Source: Octopus bimaculoides (Eukaryota). From it: a DNA stretch of 64,000 nt. The stretch spans positions 134,359,153-134,423,152 of the forward strand of contig NC_068982.1 of NCBI RefSeq assembly GCF_001194135.2, written 5' to 3'. The notes beneath the pieces are model-generated. The model did not search any database. It worked only from the letters and a program-made list of their open reading frames with translations, and had not been told where the DNA came from. Below are positions 27,750 to 40,913 of the stretch, in pieces (the first letter of the stretch is position 1; the number at the start of each line of letters is the position of its first letter). The position numbers were made by a program, and so were the translations under genes.

Positions 27750-28300
27750 TACATACATACATATGAGATAGAGAGATTTTGTGACATTAAAGCTTCTCCC
27801 ACATTTATTAATAGTTATTGCCAGGCTAACATGGCAGTCCAGGAAAATAGGACGAATGCTGCCATTGATTAGCTCCAAGAGGCTATGTGACACACAAACC
27901 TGTGTCTGAGAGATTTAGAAATATTGATATTTCTATTTTTGAAAACCAGTGGATGTATTCCACTGAATTTAGGTAAATAATCCTTCGAACAGACGGTCAG
28001 CAGCGATGCCTGCTGGGTTTGGCTACACCATGTTGATAAGGGGCAACTACCCTGAAACTAGTCTGTGGATACCGAACCAGCAAGGGGAAGCTGCTGACCT
28101 CCCTTGTTTGAAGGTTATAATGGACACAGGTTTACATGTCGCATAGCTAGCTAGAGGCAAAGGCCTCTTGGAGCTAATCAACAGCAGCATTCGTCCTATT
28201 TTCCTGGACTACCATGGAAATATAATAGGTATCAAAATTATATTGGCAATAACTATTAATATCCAGTACAGCGGCCATAGTCTCCTTTAGAGAGATTGAG

Positions 28301-28306
<6 letters not shown>
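27750..28306 (+). mobile_element. Fold-back retroelement fragment (Penelope pseudo-LTR or retrozyme-like) carrying a hammerhead motif
   Basis: Nested inverted arms: 17/17 (27807-27823 with 28244-28260), 50/53 (27831-27883 with 28163-28215), 11/11 (27896-27906 with 28123-28133), 9/9 (27996-28004 with 28090-28098). Internal direct repeat 27908-27924 and 28290-28306. Followed by (TA)n. Confidence 0.7.
28012..28081 (+). ncRNA. Minimal type I hammerhead ribozyme motif (U3/A8 core variant)
   Basis: Stem I GCTGG.TTTGG..CCATG with TGTGG..CCGAA.CCAGC; core TTGATAA at 28033-28039; stem II GGGG-CAACTA-CCCT; GAAA at 28054-28057; palindromic ACTAGT; GTC cleavage triplet at 28061-28063. Confidence 0.7.
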
Positions 28307-28334
<28 letters not shown>

Positions 28335-29167
28335 GAATGACAGGTATCCCTACAGTTTCTTTCTACCAAATTCACAAACAAAACATTAGTTGCCCCAGGG
28401 CTATAATCTGATACTTACCCAAAGTGCTATGCAATGAAAATGAACTAGAAAGCAGAGGGTTGCAGATTAACATCTTAACTGTATAGTCATGCTTGTGCCT
28501 ACACTTAATGATTTTATAAAATAATCATTAGACTAAAGTATTGGGCTTGTTGTTACCAAGTAAAACCCTTGGAGGCATGTTCCAGTATAGTTGCAGCCAA
28601 GTGACTGGAACCAGTAAAAGTAGTGACACAGTTTTTCAATGTAATATCTTTCACAAACTTTCTATTGTTTTTAAAATATTCTATTGTTTTTCTTTTTAAA
28701 TATGAGAACTACATGAACAAATGAAGACAAAAAGGATAATTATTCTAGAATATTTACCAAAATTGCTAACAAGAAACCCTCTACATGGTTTCTCAGTCTG
28801 CTAGAAATAACTGTGAAATTTCTCTTGAATTACAATCAACCATTTTAAAAGATGACATGCTTTCAGATACATTGTCTGAATAAAAAGTTGAGGTGATCAT
28901 GGCTAGAATACATTTCTAGCCATGATCATCAGGGTGGTCCTTGGTCCAAACAACATTAATCATAAAAAAAAAATCAAAGTTTTTTGTATAGCTACAGCAA
29001 TGACGATGGACAGTGTGACTCTGCAACTCTGTAAATCTATGTCAAGAAAGGAGGTCAAGAAAGGAGGTCAAGAAGCTTGCTGATATTCTGCTAGAAAATG
29101 CTTACCAATTCTGTTTTTGCTGTTGGTAAATGTAATATAGTGATGACATCTATGTTTTATTTTAGCA

Positions 29168-29419
29168 TAGTGGCTCTCAACTATTTTTTGCCTGTAGGCC
29201 CCTTTGATTCTTATTATATTCTGCAGGACCCTAATAAACATTCAGTGTTTAAAACATTTCCATTATATCTTTGTAATTAAATATTATTAGGAATTGTATA
29301 AAAAAAAATGAAAATATTCTGTGTTGTAGAAGTATAACTAATTTATTACACATAAATATTAACAGCAAAATCTTATGTTGACTCCTAAGGGCCATGTGGA
29401 CCCCAGTTGAGAACCACTG
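29168..29419. mobile_element. hAT (Charlie/MER5-type) MITE, older copy
   Basis: TIRs TAGTGGCTCTCAACT and AGTTGAGAACCACTG (13/15); the TSD is degenerate. Confidence 0.7.
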
Positions 29420-30557
29420 ACTTGGCAGGATAATGACCCAGCCATGTGTGTAGGACACTATTAATATGCTGATAACAAGAATCAGTGTGTTTGCAGTAAA
29501 GAAACAATGTTGATTTACTCAAATTAGAATTTAAATATATCAATGTGATCTGTTTGACTTTGCATTTTCTTTTTATCGAATATGAACATAAATTATTTTG
29601 TTACATATTTATTTGTATATATTTGGTATAATTGAAGAAAGAGAAAGTTGAATATGAAAAATGGTCTTAATTTACTTCAACAAAATCCAACAAATATGAA
29701 AGGATACTGGAATCAACATAATTTGGCTCATGCTGGATTAAACTTATGCATAGGAGAAATATTTTTACCGAAATACCTGTATAAATTAGTGTAAGATGAC
29801 TATGCTGCAGTGAATAAAAATTAGTTTTGTGATCAAATGGTTTTGTTGAAATCTTCAATGAAAAAAATAAAATTCCTGAAAATCACATCTTAATTAAAAA
29901 TCCTATCAGAATTTTCTAGTTAGTGTAGTCTTTAATAATTGCTTTTTTTTTTAGTAAACGTTACATATTCCAAACTAACAAATAAACAGCTTTCTTTACT
30001 ATAGATGTCTGTTTGTTGCAGTGTGGTATTGATCCTTAAGTGTAGTTATTGTCATTATACTTACGTCACTGTTTTCATACTTTGTGAAAGTCATGAATCA
30101 CACCACAGCTGTCTTGACTATATCACAGCCCTCCTCTCTCCAGGGGGAAAAGCAATGAATTGTGGCCTCTATAAACGTAATCACATTACACATGGATTAA
30201 AAGTGGGCTAAACCTGTGCACCATCCAAGCTTTAAATTATCTAAATTTGATTTTTTTATAAGTACATGCATGGTTATGTAGATAAGAAGTGAGCTTTGCA
30301 AGCCTGCTGTTTGAGTTTCAATCTCACTGTGCAGCACCTTGAGAAAGTGTCTTCTATTATAACCCCAGGCTAAATAATACATTGTGAGTAAATTAGGTAG
30401 ATGGAAACTATGCAGAAACCTGTTGTGTGTGTGTATGTGTGCACATGCATGCATGTGTTTCTCTTTTTGGCTGGCAACTGGTATTTATTTACATTCCCCA
30501 TAATTTAGCATCACACAATATCTCCCTCTCTCCCCTGACTGTCTGTCTCATTTTTTC

Positions 30558-30667
<110 letters not shown>

Positions 30668-31364
30668 CTTGTGAGACAAACCTGTTTTATATTAAACATA
30701 TTCATAGAGGTGTGTGTCATTTTGTGTCTACATAGGAAATCAATAATATATGCAGCAGACAATGTCAGATTTATCACATTCTTGATGTATGATGTCAAGA
30801 AAACTGTTATAACAACAACACGTATAAAAAAAAAAAGGTGGTAATGGTTGAAAGTTGTTTGCCTGGATCTTCTAGATAGCAGAAGCTGCTTTTAGCACTT
30901 GAATTGTTTTTGTTGTTTTTCAGCACTCTTAGTGAAACCAAGATATATTTTTTAGTAATATGAAGCCATGGCTATGGTACTACGAATTTGGTAATGGCAG
31001 TAATAAATCAACAATTATCTGGTGAAGGATAGTTTATACCAGTCTAGAGGATCTGTGACTGAAAGATGGTTTACAGAACTTTTTCATTCATACTGTGATA
31101 AACATTTTGTTATTAAATATCAATAGTGTTTCACACATATGTTGTATTTATGAACTATTGGGTGTTAAAAAGATCTAAGTCACTACAAGTTTGCCAAATA
31201 CAAGAGTGAAAATGATAGATATATAGGAGTGAGGGGGGATGTCTCAATAGCCAATCAAATCTTGTGTAGATGTTTTAGTTCACTGGGAGCTTATCACTGT
31301 GGTGTTTGCCATTATTGTGTAAACATTATTAATCACACATATATACTATTTTGATTTTATGCAC

Positions 31365-31815
31365 ACACATAGTTTTATTCTTTTACTTGTTTCGGTCTTT
31401 GGATTGTAACCATGCTGGGGTACCACTTTCAAGGGTGTAGTCATTCAAATTGACTCTGGTTATTATTCCCTTTTTGTATTTTATTTAAGCTTGTTTCTTA
31501 TATTTGTTTTGCTAAACTGTTGCTTTAGTGGGAATATGAATTAATCACCACTGGTTGTTAAGCATTGAAACAAATACCAACATTCATGCACAAACATGTG
31601 TATGTGTCTGTATACATATGTATATGTGTGTGCATGTATGTATGTGGGCATGTGTGTGTACACAAAAACACACACATAGCTGGCTTCCATTATGTCATGT
31701 CTGCCAACAATTCACAAAGCATTGCTTGTCCTTAGGCTAGAGAAGACATTTGCCTAAGGTGGTGCACAGTGAGACTGCACCTGGCACCTGCAAAGTGAAC
31801 TTCTTAACCATGCTT
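31365..31815 (-). mobile_element. SINE family A, diverged copy
   Basis: Tail-1 (TTTTACTTGTTTCGGTC...), (TG)-rich middle, and head remnant ending AACTTCTTAACCATGC. Confidence 0.7.
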
Positions 31816-31860
31816 GTGCTGATTATAAAAAAAAAAAAAAATCATGAATTTTGAATATAA

Positions 31861-32027
31861 AGGTAGCTGTGTGGTAAGAAGATTGCTTCCCAACCACATG
31901 ATTCCAGATTCAGTCCCACTGCCGTGGCACCTTGGGCAAGTGTCTTCTACTATAGCCTCAGGCTGACCAAAGCCTTGTGAGTGGATTTGGTAGACGAAAA
32001 CTGAAAGAAGCCTGTTGTATGTATGTA

Positions 32028-32079
<52 letters not shown>

Positions 32080-32280
32080 GTGTGTCTGTGTGTCCCCCAC
32101 CGTCATGTGACAACTGATGTTGATGTGTTTTTGTCCCTGTAGCTTAGCAGGTCAGCAAATGAGGCCGATAGAATAAGTGCTAGGCTTACAAAGAATAATT
32201 CCTGGGGTTGATTTGTTCAACTAAAGGTGGTGTCCCAGCATGGCCACAGTCAAATGACTGAAACAAGTAAAAAAAGAATT
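31861..32280 (+). mobile_element. SINE family A, head-to-head with the 31365-31815 copy
   Basis: Complete head, (TG)(TA) tract and tail-1. Confidence 0.9.
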
Positions 32281-33220
32281 AAAAAATAATGTTCATCATT
32301 CAACACCCATTCTCCATGCTGGCATGGGTTGGACAGTTTGACCAGAGCTAGCAAGCTGGAGAGCTGCACCAGTCTCCAGTCCGATTTGGCTTGGTTTCTA
32401 TGGCTGGATACCCTTCCTAATGCCAACCAGTATACAGAGCAATTTCAAGGGAAGGTGGAAGCCAATTACTTGAACTCCCATACTGAACTGCTATTTAACT
32501 TATCCAACTTGAAAGGCTGAAAAGCAAAGTTGATTTCAGCATTTGAACTCAGAATGTAAAGAGCTGAAAGATATACTGCTAAGCATTTTGTCCAGTAAGT
32601 TAACAATTCTGTCAGCTCGTCACCTCAGTTGCAGTTTATCATATTAACTGCTATCACAAAAACTTCTTGATTTCCCCACCTAACAATAGACTGTTTAGTG
32701 AGTCATCAACTTGGGCGGAATAATAGCTCTTAGTATTACAATTTTTAAGTATTGTATTATTCATGGTGTTGGATTGGCAAAACTGTCAGTGTCATAGACA
32801 AAATGTCTTTTGGTATTTTAGTTCTGTTCAAGTTAGTTCAAATCCTGCTGGAGTTAACTTTGCCTTTTAATCACTCTGGCAGGTCAATAAATTGAGTACC
32901 AGTCAAGTACAAGTCAAGTGCTGGCAGAAGATATAATTAACTATACCCATCTCTCAAAAATTTGTGGCAGTGTGCCTGTATATGAAGCTGTATTTTTTTA
33001 CTGCTGAATCATAACTACTGTTTCATGTCATTCTCTTTGTTATCTTTTATATTTATCTTATAGGAAACTGACTTGTTACAGTTTTGTAGTGATTTAATAG
33101 ATATTCTTGCTATAAAACCATGCTAGTTACTGATTAAGTATTATAAGGTCTAGCATTTCTTTTAGTCTACTCACTTCAAAGCTAATAATACTGACACACT
33201 TTATAATATATGATATATAT

Positions 33221-33376
33221 ATCATCATCATCATCGTTTAACGTCCGCTTTCCATGCTAGCATGGGTTGGACGATTTGACTAAGGACTGAAGAAAACCAG
33301 ATGGCTACACCAGGCTCCAATCTGATTTGGCAGAGTTTCTACAGCTGGATGCCCTTTCTAATGCCAACCACTCAGA
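33221..33376 (-). mobile_element. RTE LINE 3' tail fragment within (TA)n
   Basis: (CAT)n-CGTTTAACGTCCGCTTTCCATGCTAGCATGGG...CCAACCACTCAGA, with (TA)n on both sides. Confidence 0.9.
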
Positions 33377-33642
33377 ATATATATATATATATATANNNNN
33401 NNNNNATAATTTTATTATGAAGTACATTTTACTACTGGTTTCCGTCTTTTAGACTTTTCAACTAAGAGTAAAATAAGAAAGACGATTAAGTTAGAGGAAA
33501 AAGATTAAGTGAAATGTTTTGTAAATATTTCCATTGTCTTCAAATAGTCTGTCTGTTACTCTTTGTGAATGCTTGGTAGGTAGGTAGTAGTAAATCTGAG
33601 GGAATAGTTTTATGAGTACAGAGAATTGATGGTTTAAGCAGG

Positions 33643-34040
33643 CATAGCTGTGATGAGAAGTTTGCTTCCCAACCACATGGTTTTGTGTTCAGTCCCACTG
33701 GGTGGCTCTTTAGACAAATGTCTATTACTATAGCCATAGACCAACCAAAGCCTTGAAAGTGGATTTGGTAAATGGAAATTGAAAGAAACCTGTTGTGTGT
33801 GTGTTACTGTTCACTTGCCTGTATATTGCATGGTAGTTGTAAACGAGTATCACTGCCATACAAGGGGTTTCTTTTGCTTTCATTCTTCTATGAGAACATG
33901 GCTGAGCCTGGGAAATGTTACCTTGCTTGGAAATGGGTAAGAGTTGGTGATAGAAAGGGTAGCTGGCTGTAGAAAATCTTCCCCTCAACAAATTCCATCT
34001 GACTCCACCAAGCATGGAAAAGTGAATGTTTAGACAATGA
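33643..34040 (+). mobile_element. SINE family A2: family A head, body D and RTE-like tail
   Basis: The head is followed by (TG) and then ...CAACAAATTCCATCTGACTCCACCAAGCATGGAAAAGTGAATGTT. Confidence 0.7.
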
Positions 34041-34538
34041 GATATGTATGTATGTATGTATGTATAATCTTTTTACTGGTTCCAACAAGCAAGCTATAAT
34101 GATGCTGGGGCACTAATATCAATCTTTCTGCTGCTTTTGTTTTAGTTGGTATTTGAGGGGTATGAATACCACTACTGCAACATGTTAAAGTACAATTTAG
34201 GTTCATTCAGTACCTTATATAATGCACATTTCTAATGCAAAAATATCTACACTATGATTGATTTAACCTGTTTGAGGATCATGGAAGCGATGAGAATTGA
34301 CCAAAATCTTTGGTGATATGCTGTACTTGAGAAGACTCGGCAAACCAAGTGAAATCATAGTTGTGGCTGGTGCCAGTGTCACATGACTGGTACCTGGGCC
34401 AGTTGCATGTGAAAGGCATCCATTACAGTCCTGGAGTGGTTGGCATTAGGAAGGCATCTAGCCATAGAAACCATGTTGAATCAGACTGGAACTCGGTGCT
34501 ACTCTCTGGATTGCCAATTCCAGCTAAACTGTCTAACT

Positions 34539-34820
34539 CAGGGGTTTTCAAACTGTGGTCCACGGACCACAGGGGTTTTGCAAGGACAAGACAGCAAATA
34601 CTTTTTATGGGCAATTTGATTTTATATATGTTTTTTAATCAAAATCTTTTAATTGACAATAAACCTATTTGTTAAATACTGTTAAATAAATAAATGTAAA
34701 AATATATGTTATTTTAAGCAAATATTTATGTATAAATTTCATAAGCGTTTATAAAGGGGTCATTAAGGTAAAGCCTGAAATATAAAGGGGTCCGCAAGTC
34801 AAAAAGTTTGAAAACCCCTG
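34539..34820. mobile_element. hAT (Charlie-type) MITE inserted into an RTE tail
   Basis: Perfect 16-bp TIR CAGGGGTTTTCAAACT; TSD GTCTAAC(T/C) matches 7/8. The RTE tail resumes with CCCATGCCAACATGGAAAGCAGA...GATGATGAT. Confidence 0.9.
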
Positions 34821-35444
34821 GTCTAACCCATGCCAACATGGAAAGCAGATGCTAAATGATGATGATAATGAAGTGCAGTTTCCAGTTATAATCTAGGAGG
34901 AAACCAGAAGTTATATCTGTTGGCAGGAGAAAAGGAAAGAGATGTTGAGTAAGAATTCAGTAGATAAGACTGTGTGGGTGGGTTGTAATTGGCTATAAAG
35001 TTACATAAATGACTTGAGGGGCAATTGTTTTGTGCACGGAATATACCAAACTGATAAGTGCCATGCTCTTGAAACTCTTGGCTCTTGATTCACTTAAGTA
35101 ATTATTGGGTTCAGTCCCACTGTGTGGAACTTTGGGCAAGTACCTTCAATGTTAGCTCCGGGCTAATCAAACCCTTATGAGTGTGTATGTGTGTCCCTTG
35201 CCACCACTTGACAACTGATGCTTGTTTTGTTCATGTCCCTGTTACTTTGCAATTCAATAAAAGATTAGTAGAATAAGCATCAGGCTTAAAAGCAAAGTAA
35301 GTACCGGGATTGATTTGTTTGACTAAACCCTTCAAGTCAATGCCCCAGTATGGCCACAGTCCAATGATAGAAACAAGTAAAACAGAAGATACATATAACA
35401 CACACACACACACACACACACAGCATTGTAGAATGTATTTGTAT

Positions 35445-35640
35445 GTGTGTGCTGAAAAGTTCCTGGCTTTGGGTTAAAGGAAATACAAGAGGATCTGTTA
35501 ATTATGATTTTATTGAATATATTCCCCTCTCAGATTCACACACTTCAGTTTTTCTAAGCCCTGTAAAAGAACTTTGAAGGTTGGGCCTCCAACCAGGCCT
35601 TTCACAACACCCTTAAAGCCAGGAACTTTTCAACTCCCCC

Positions 35641-35642
<2 letters not shown>
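35445..35642. mobile_element. Mariner-type MITE within (TG)n
   Basis: Perfect 18-bp inverted repeat TGAAAAGTTCCTGGCTTT (35453-35470) and AAAGCCAGGAACTTTTCA (35615-35632). Confidence 0.75.
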
Positions 35643-35710
<68 letters not shown>

Positions 35711-36185
35711 CATCATTCAACTATTTTTATCTTAACTTTTGTTAACACAGTATCTTGAATAAAAATACTCTTTCACAATGAGTGAATGAGGACAGGAGAA
35801 TATGTCTGAATTTAAACCTGAATGTGGTGGTAATATCATATGTGGACAAATTGAGATCAAATATGATATTGTATGAGAACAAGAAACACTGGGGAATGGG
35901 TAGATTATAACCACATGCTGTTGAAGTGTATAGAAAATAAGATCAAATGCTGCATTGTTTGGGTGTTGGATATCTTCTCCATGTTCTTACTCTTTAAGAC
36001 GAGGTGTTTTATCATAAAATAATCTGATCATTAAATCTTGAAGGTGAGAATTTAATATTTGCTTACATTTAATATTTTCCCAACAACATTGCTGCAGCTT
36101 TCTACATTACAGTTTTATATAAATATTTGTCTATTTTAACATGTATTCACTTATATTTAAACATACTTGTTTACAAGTTGAATCC

Positions 36186-36218
<33 letters not shown>

Positions 36219-38739
36219 ATTTATTTATACATAAATATATTTATTTAAACATTTTTATATCTAAGCATACATGTATTTTATTTAAACATACATATTTCTG
36301 CCTCCCCCATCACTATCTCTCTACACACACACCACACACGCATACATAGTCTTTGGTCTTGCACACTTAAGCCAATTCCTCTTACATTTAGTTATTTTTC
36401 TCTGTTCACTTGTATTCCATCATTCGTGCATACTAACATTACATGTACATTAGATCATGCTTGCCTCATTTCTTTCTAGTCTTTGCAAATCCTCTGCATT
36501 CATGGCCCATGTCTTGCTACTGTGCTGTATAGCTCTTTCTATACAACCATCATACTATCTACAGTCACTCAAAGGAGAAACCTTCAGTAGAAGGAAGAGC
36601 TTCTTGAATTTTCCCCACCCTATTCACTTTGGTTTCCTGTGTCCCCCACCTCTGCTGATAATTAGATCACTGTAGTATGAAGAATAAAAGTTCTCTCACC
36701 GTATCTTCTGAGAACGACTTTGAACAGGACTATGATTTCATTTGTTTCAGCTTTTAAAGAAAGCTCATGGGACATTCTTGCATGGAATTTACTTTAGAAA
36801 GGAAGCGTTTGTGCCAGGCTGGGGACTTCCAATTTGGAGTTCAATGTTTTGAGGCTTCAAAACTTATCGTTTAGTTGTTCCAGTCATCAGAGTGTGGGCA
36901 TGCTAGGGCACTGCCTTGAATAGATGAAATTGCTGCCATGTTGAGTGCTATTTACAGTCAGCTTTGTAATACTTGCTTCTTCCTGCAGGAATATTACTAA
37001 CTTGATCTCAACCTTATCAGAAACTGGAATGGGCAGAGACTACAATTGCATGTCTGTTTTAACAAACCTCCTCAGTCTCAAAAGAGACCTCTCAAATTTC
37101 CCACTTCTTTTCCTGATAGTCAGGTCTCTCAGTTGCTCCCTTCTATCCTTGGAGCACAACCCACTCTGTCACAATCATCTGGGTAATGAAAGCTGTTAAC
37201 CACTATGGAGTCTGCTGAGCATTTGAAGAAAAATTATGTATTATTTACTTTTAACTATTCTTGTATATTTGTTTCATATGAAGTCTACCTCCTTTTTTAG
37301 CCTACCTGGGATCCCATTACACTCCTTTGTACATTCATAGTTTAGGGAGGATACACCATATGGAATTTCTACATACCCTTTGTCTGCATATCAAGCATAG
37401 CAGTTTCCCTGATTGTGGTAGTCTTCTTTTTGGTGCTTACTAACACTTCCGTTTTTGCTAAGTTTACTTTGAAGCCTCTCAATTCTAGACTTTACTCCTA
37501 GGGCTAGAATTTCTTCTCTAAATCTTCTCTAGATTCAGCTTCAAGAACTAGGTCATCATCATACTGTTATGGTTTAATTTATTATGCTTATTATAAGCAA
37601 AAGTGGACTGAGGATTGGGCCTTGATGGGCCTCTGCTATATGTTAAATTCCTAACAGAATTCACTGCTAACTCTCAACTGGCTGACTGTACCTCTGTACA
37701 AGGCTTGTATAACCCTCACAAATCATTCATCTGTCTCTATTTCCCTTAGCAATCACTGGATTACAGAATATGGAACTCTATCAATGCTTACTCCAAGTTA
37801 CTTTTAGCTAAGTACTTCCCCTGCAATTATTTCATTTGGAAAATGACGTCAGTAGTACATCTTTCTTAGATGCACTTTTGTAGATTTTTCTATATTGTAT
37901 GCTCTGAAAACAAGTATCAAAAGTAATATGAAATCTGATTATGTAATCTTTTAAAGATGAAGAAACAAATATTGTTTATTTATCTTTATCACATTCCTGC
38001 TTCGAAGAATTNNNNNNNNNNNNNNNNNNNNNNNNNNNNNNNNNNNNNNNNNNNNNNNNNNNCTGTAACATCTACGTTGCTGTTTCAAATTCTGTTTGTT
38101 CAGCTGAGATGTACTTTGAAAGCAAACAAAACTTGTTTGAAATCTCTTCTCCATTTAAATATAATTGATCACTGAAAATATGAATTATCACATTTGATAA
38201 TATATCATATACTCATGCATGAAGAAGTCACTTTGGTAATATATATAATTTAAACAAAAATGAGCTAAGAGAAATAGGTCAGAGTAGTCAAAGCATGTAT
38301 TTGAACAACATAGACAAATACAGGTATATGAAATACCATACAACATAAAATAATTTATTAAATTTATCTCTGTCTCCTCAGCTTAATTTTGCTTAAATTA
38401 TGCATATTAAGTAGGCTATAAATGTGTTCTACTCCTTTTTGTATAAATCTGAATCCCTTGGCTATTGAAGATACTGTCAGACCATTGTTGTACTGATAAT
38501 GGTTATTAAACATATGACTGTCATCTAATTTCCAATTCTTTTTCTTAATGACATCTCAACTTTGGAGAATTCTAGATTCTATCTACTCATCTCAAGTAGA
38601 GCAGAGCTTAATTTCCATTCAATAATTATAACACATCCTCTACAGGCACAGATAATTTTAATAAATCAAGAATCTTTTGTATGGTATTTAATTTACCTGT
38701 ATTTATTTGTTTTGGTTGTGTGTGTGTGATCATCATCTG

Positions 38740-38942
38740 GCATGCCGGGCAAAATGCTTAGTGGTATTTCGTCTGCCACTCTGTTCTGAGTTCAAATTCC
38801 GCCAAGGTCAACTATGCCTTTCATCCTTTCAGGGTCAAATAAGTACCAGTTACGCACTGGGGTCGATGTAATCAACTTAATCCCTTTGTCTGTCCTTGTT
38901 TGTCCACTCTGTGTTTAGCCCCATGTGGGCAATAAATAAATA
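38740..38942 (+). mobile_element. SINE family B, 5'-truncated
   Basis: Contains GCCGGGCAAAATGCTTAGTGGTATTTCGTCTGCC...GAGTTCAAATTCCGCC...; same 3' variant as 13187-13391. Confidence 0.85.
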
Positions 38943-39248
38943 TCATCTAACATCCATTTTCTATGCTGGCATGGGTTGGATGGTTTGACAGTAGCAGGCC
39001 AACTAGAGATTTGCACCAGGCTCCAAATATGTTTTGGCATGGTTTCTGCTGGTGGATGCTATTCCAGTGTCATGGGTGCTTTATACATGGCACTGACACA
39101 GGTGCTCTTTATGCAGAATGTCATTTCTAGCATGTAGTATGACTATTCAGAGGTTTTCTCATTTTCTCATATCTCTAACATTGAAAAGATATTGTATTCT
39201 TTTAAGCCCTTCGCATTTTGGACAATGGCTTTATTTATATGTAAACTA

Positions 39249-39460
39249 CAGGGTGTCCACAAAGTCTGGGTACATAAGGATTAACACATACTTTAAGAAA
39301 TTATTATTTCTTATATTTAATTGTTTATGCTATGATTTTATTTACTCCATGTACCCACATGGGGATTAACACATACTTTAAGAAATTATTATTTCTTATA
39401 TTTAATTGTTTATGTTATGATTTTATTTACTCCATGTAGCCAGACTTTGTGGACACCCTG
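39249..39460. mobile_element. Tc1/mariner-type MITE with an internal tandem duplication
   Basis: TA flanks at 39247-39248 and 39461-39462; 27-bp TIR CAGGGTGTCCACAAAGTCTGG(G/C)TACAT. A roughly 76-bp core is repeated at a period of 85 bp. Confidence 0.9.
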
Positions 39461-40913
39461 TATACAGTAGACCTATAAACAGTGCTGATTTAGTGATTTC
39501 TCCATGGATTGCAAACATGATGAACAGCTTTAATCAATTTTTGAACCTTAATGGATTCTCATCAAAGGTGTCTACATTTTTTTATGCTGTATGTACTTCT
39601 GTTATGTTAGTTTTTATTTTTATTTTATTTCTGTTACTCTTGAGCTTCTGTAACTATATAGTACATTGAAATATCTAAATAAATAAATGAATAAAATGAA
39701 ATATAAATAATTTTTTTAAAAATAAAAAAAAAAACATGTCATAAAAGAGGATAAGTATGACTAAGAAACTAGTAGCTGGAGTTATATTTAATTTTAGTCT
39801 GCTTTCAGGTAATCCAGTTGCTGTTGAGTCTGAAAATAGTTTTGCACTCTTGTATTATTTCCATGCTTTTCCTTATTCCCCATTTCTACTTTTAAAAAAT
39901 TGCTTTGGTTACAGCATACATAAAACTCAGACACACACACAAAAAAAAAAAGGATCAGTAATTTTCTTTATTTTTTTGCGTGACTTTTTCCCTTCAACAT
40001 TTTTGTTTTTAATTATAATTCATGTTTGAGATATCAGTTGTCAGAGAAGGGAGCAAGCAGATATATATATTATCTTGTTATAGACACAAGCATAGCTTTG
40101 TGGTTAAGGTTTTTCCTTCACAACTGCATGCTTTCAAGTTCAGTCCCACAGTGTGGCATCCTGGGCAAGTGTCTTCTACCTTTTGTGTAAAATTAGGTCA
40201 TTAAAAATTAATCCCCACCATGGACACAACACATCTCAGGTGACCTTTTAGTATATTACTGACCTTGGCATACGTTAGGCTAATGTAAAACTAGGGATAT
40301 TTTCCCCAGTGACAATAGATTACTAGTGGCTACAGTCTGTAATATTTTGATAGGGTGTTGATTAATGTGTAAAGCCTCTTTACTCATCTCTTATCTTGTT
40401 TCAGTCATTAGACTGTGGTCATGCTGGGGCACTGCCTTGATGAGTTTTTAGTTGAATCAACCCCAGTGCTTTTTTTTTAAACCTGGTACTTATTCTATTA
40501 GTATCATTTGCAGTACTGCTATGAAGGCGTAAACACATCAACATTGGTTTTGGGGACAGACAGACACATTGACTGATCCTAGAACCATGTAGTTGAGAAG
40601 CAGGCTTCTTTCCACACAGCCATGCCTACACACACTGACACACACACTCTCACTTGTAGATTACCGTAGAAAGTTTGATTTCATATGCAAACTAAACCTT
40701 TGTGAAAGACAATCATTATTTTGATGCTAAACACCAGTTATTGTAGCATTTCTTTTACTTCTGAACACTCCATCAGCTTAGGTACTCAGTGAAGCTAAAT
40801 ATACCAACAATCTAATTGGATTACCAGTCTTGAGTTCAAATCTGCAGATAGCATATTGTTGTATTTGGGCAACTCACTTAATTTTTTATGGCTCAGTCAA
40901 GTTAGCTGTTGAT

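Noticed and set aside
30065-30168. Minus-strand AG...GTAAGT exon-like interval
   Set aside because: It has stop codons in all three frames and a weak pyrimidine tract, with no further support.
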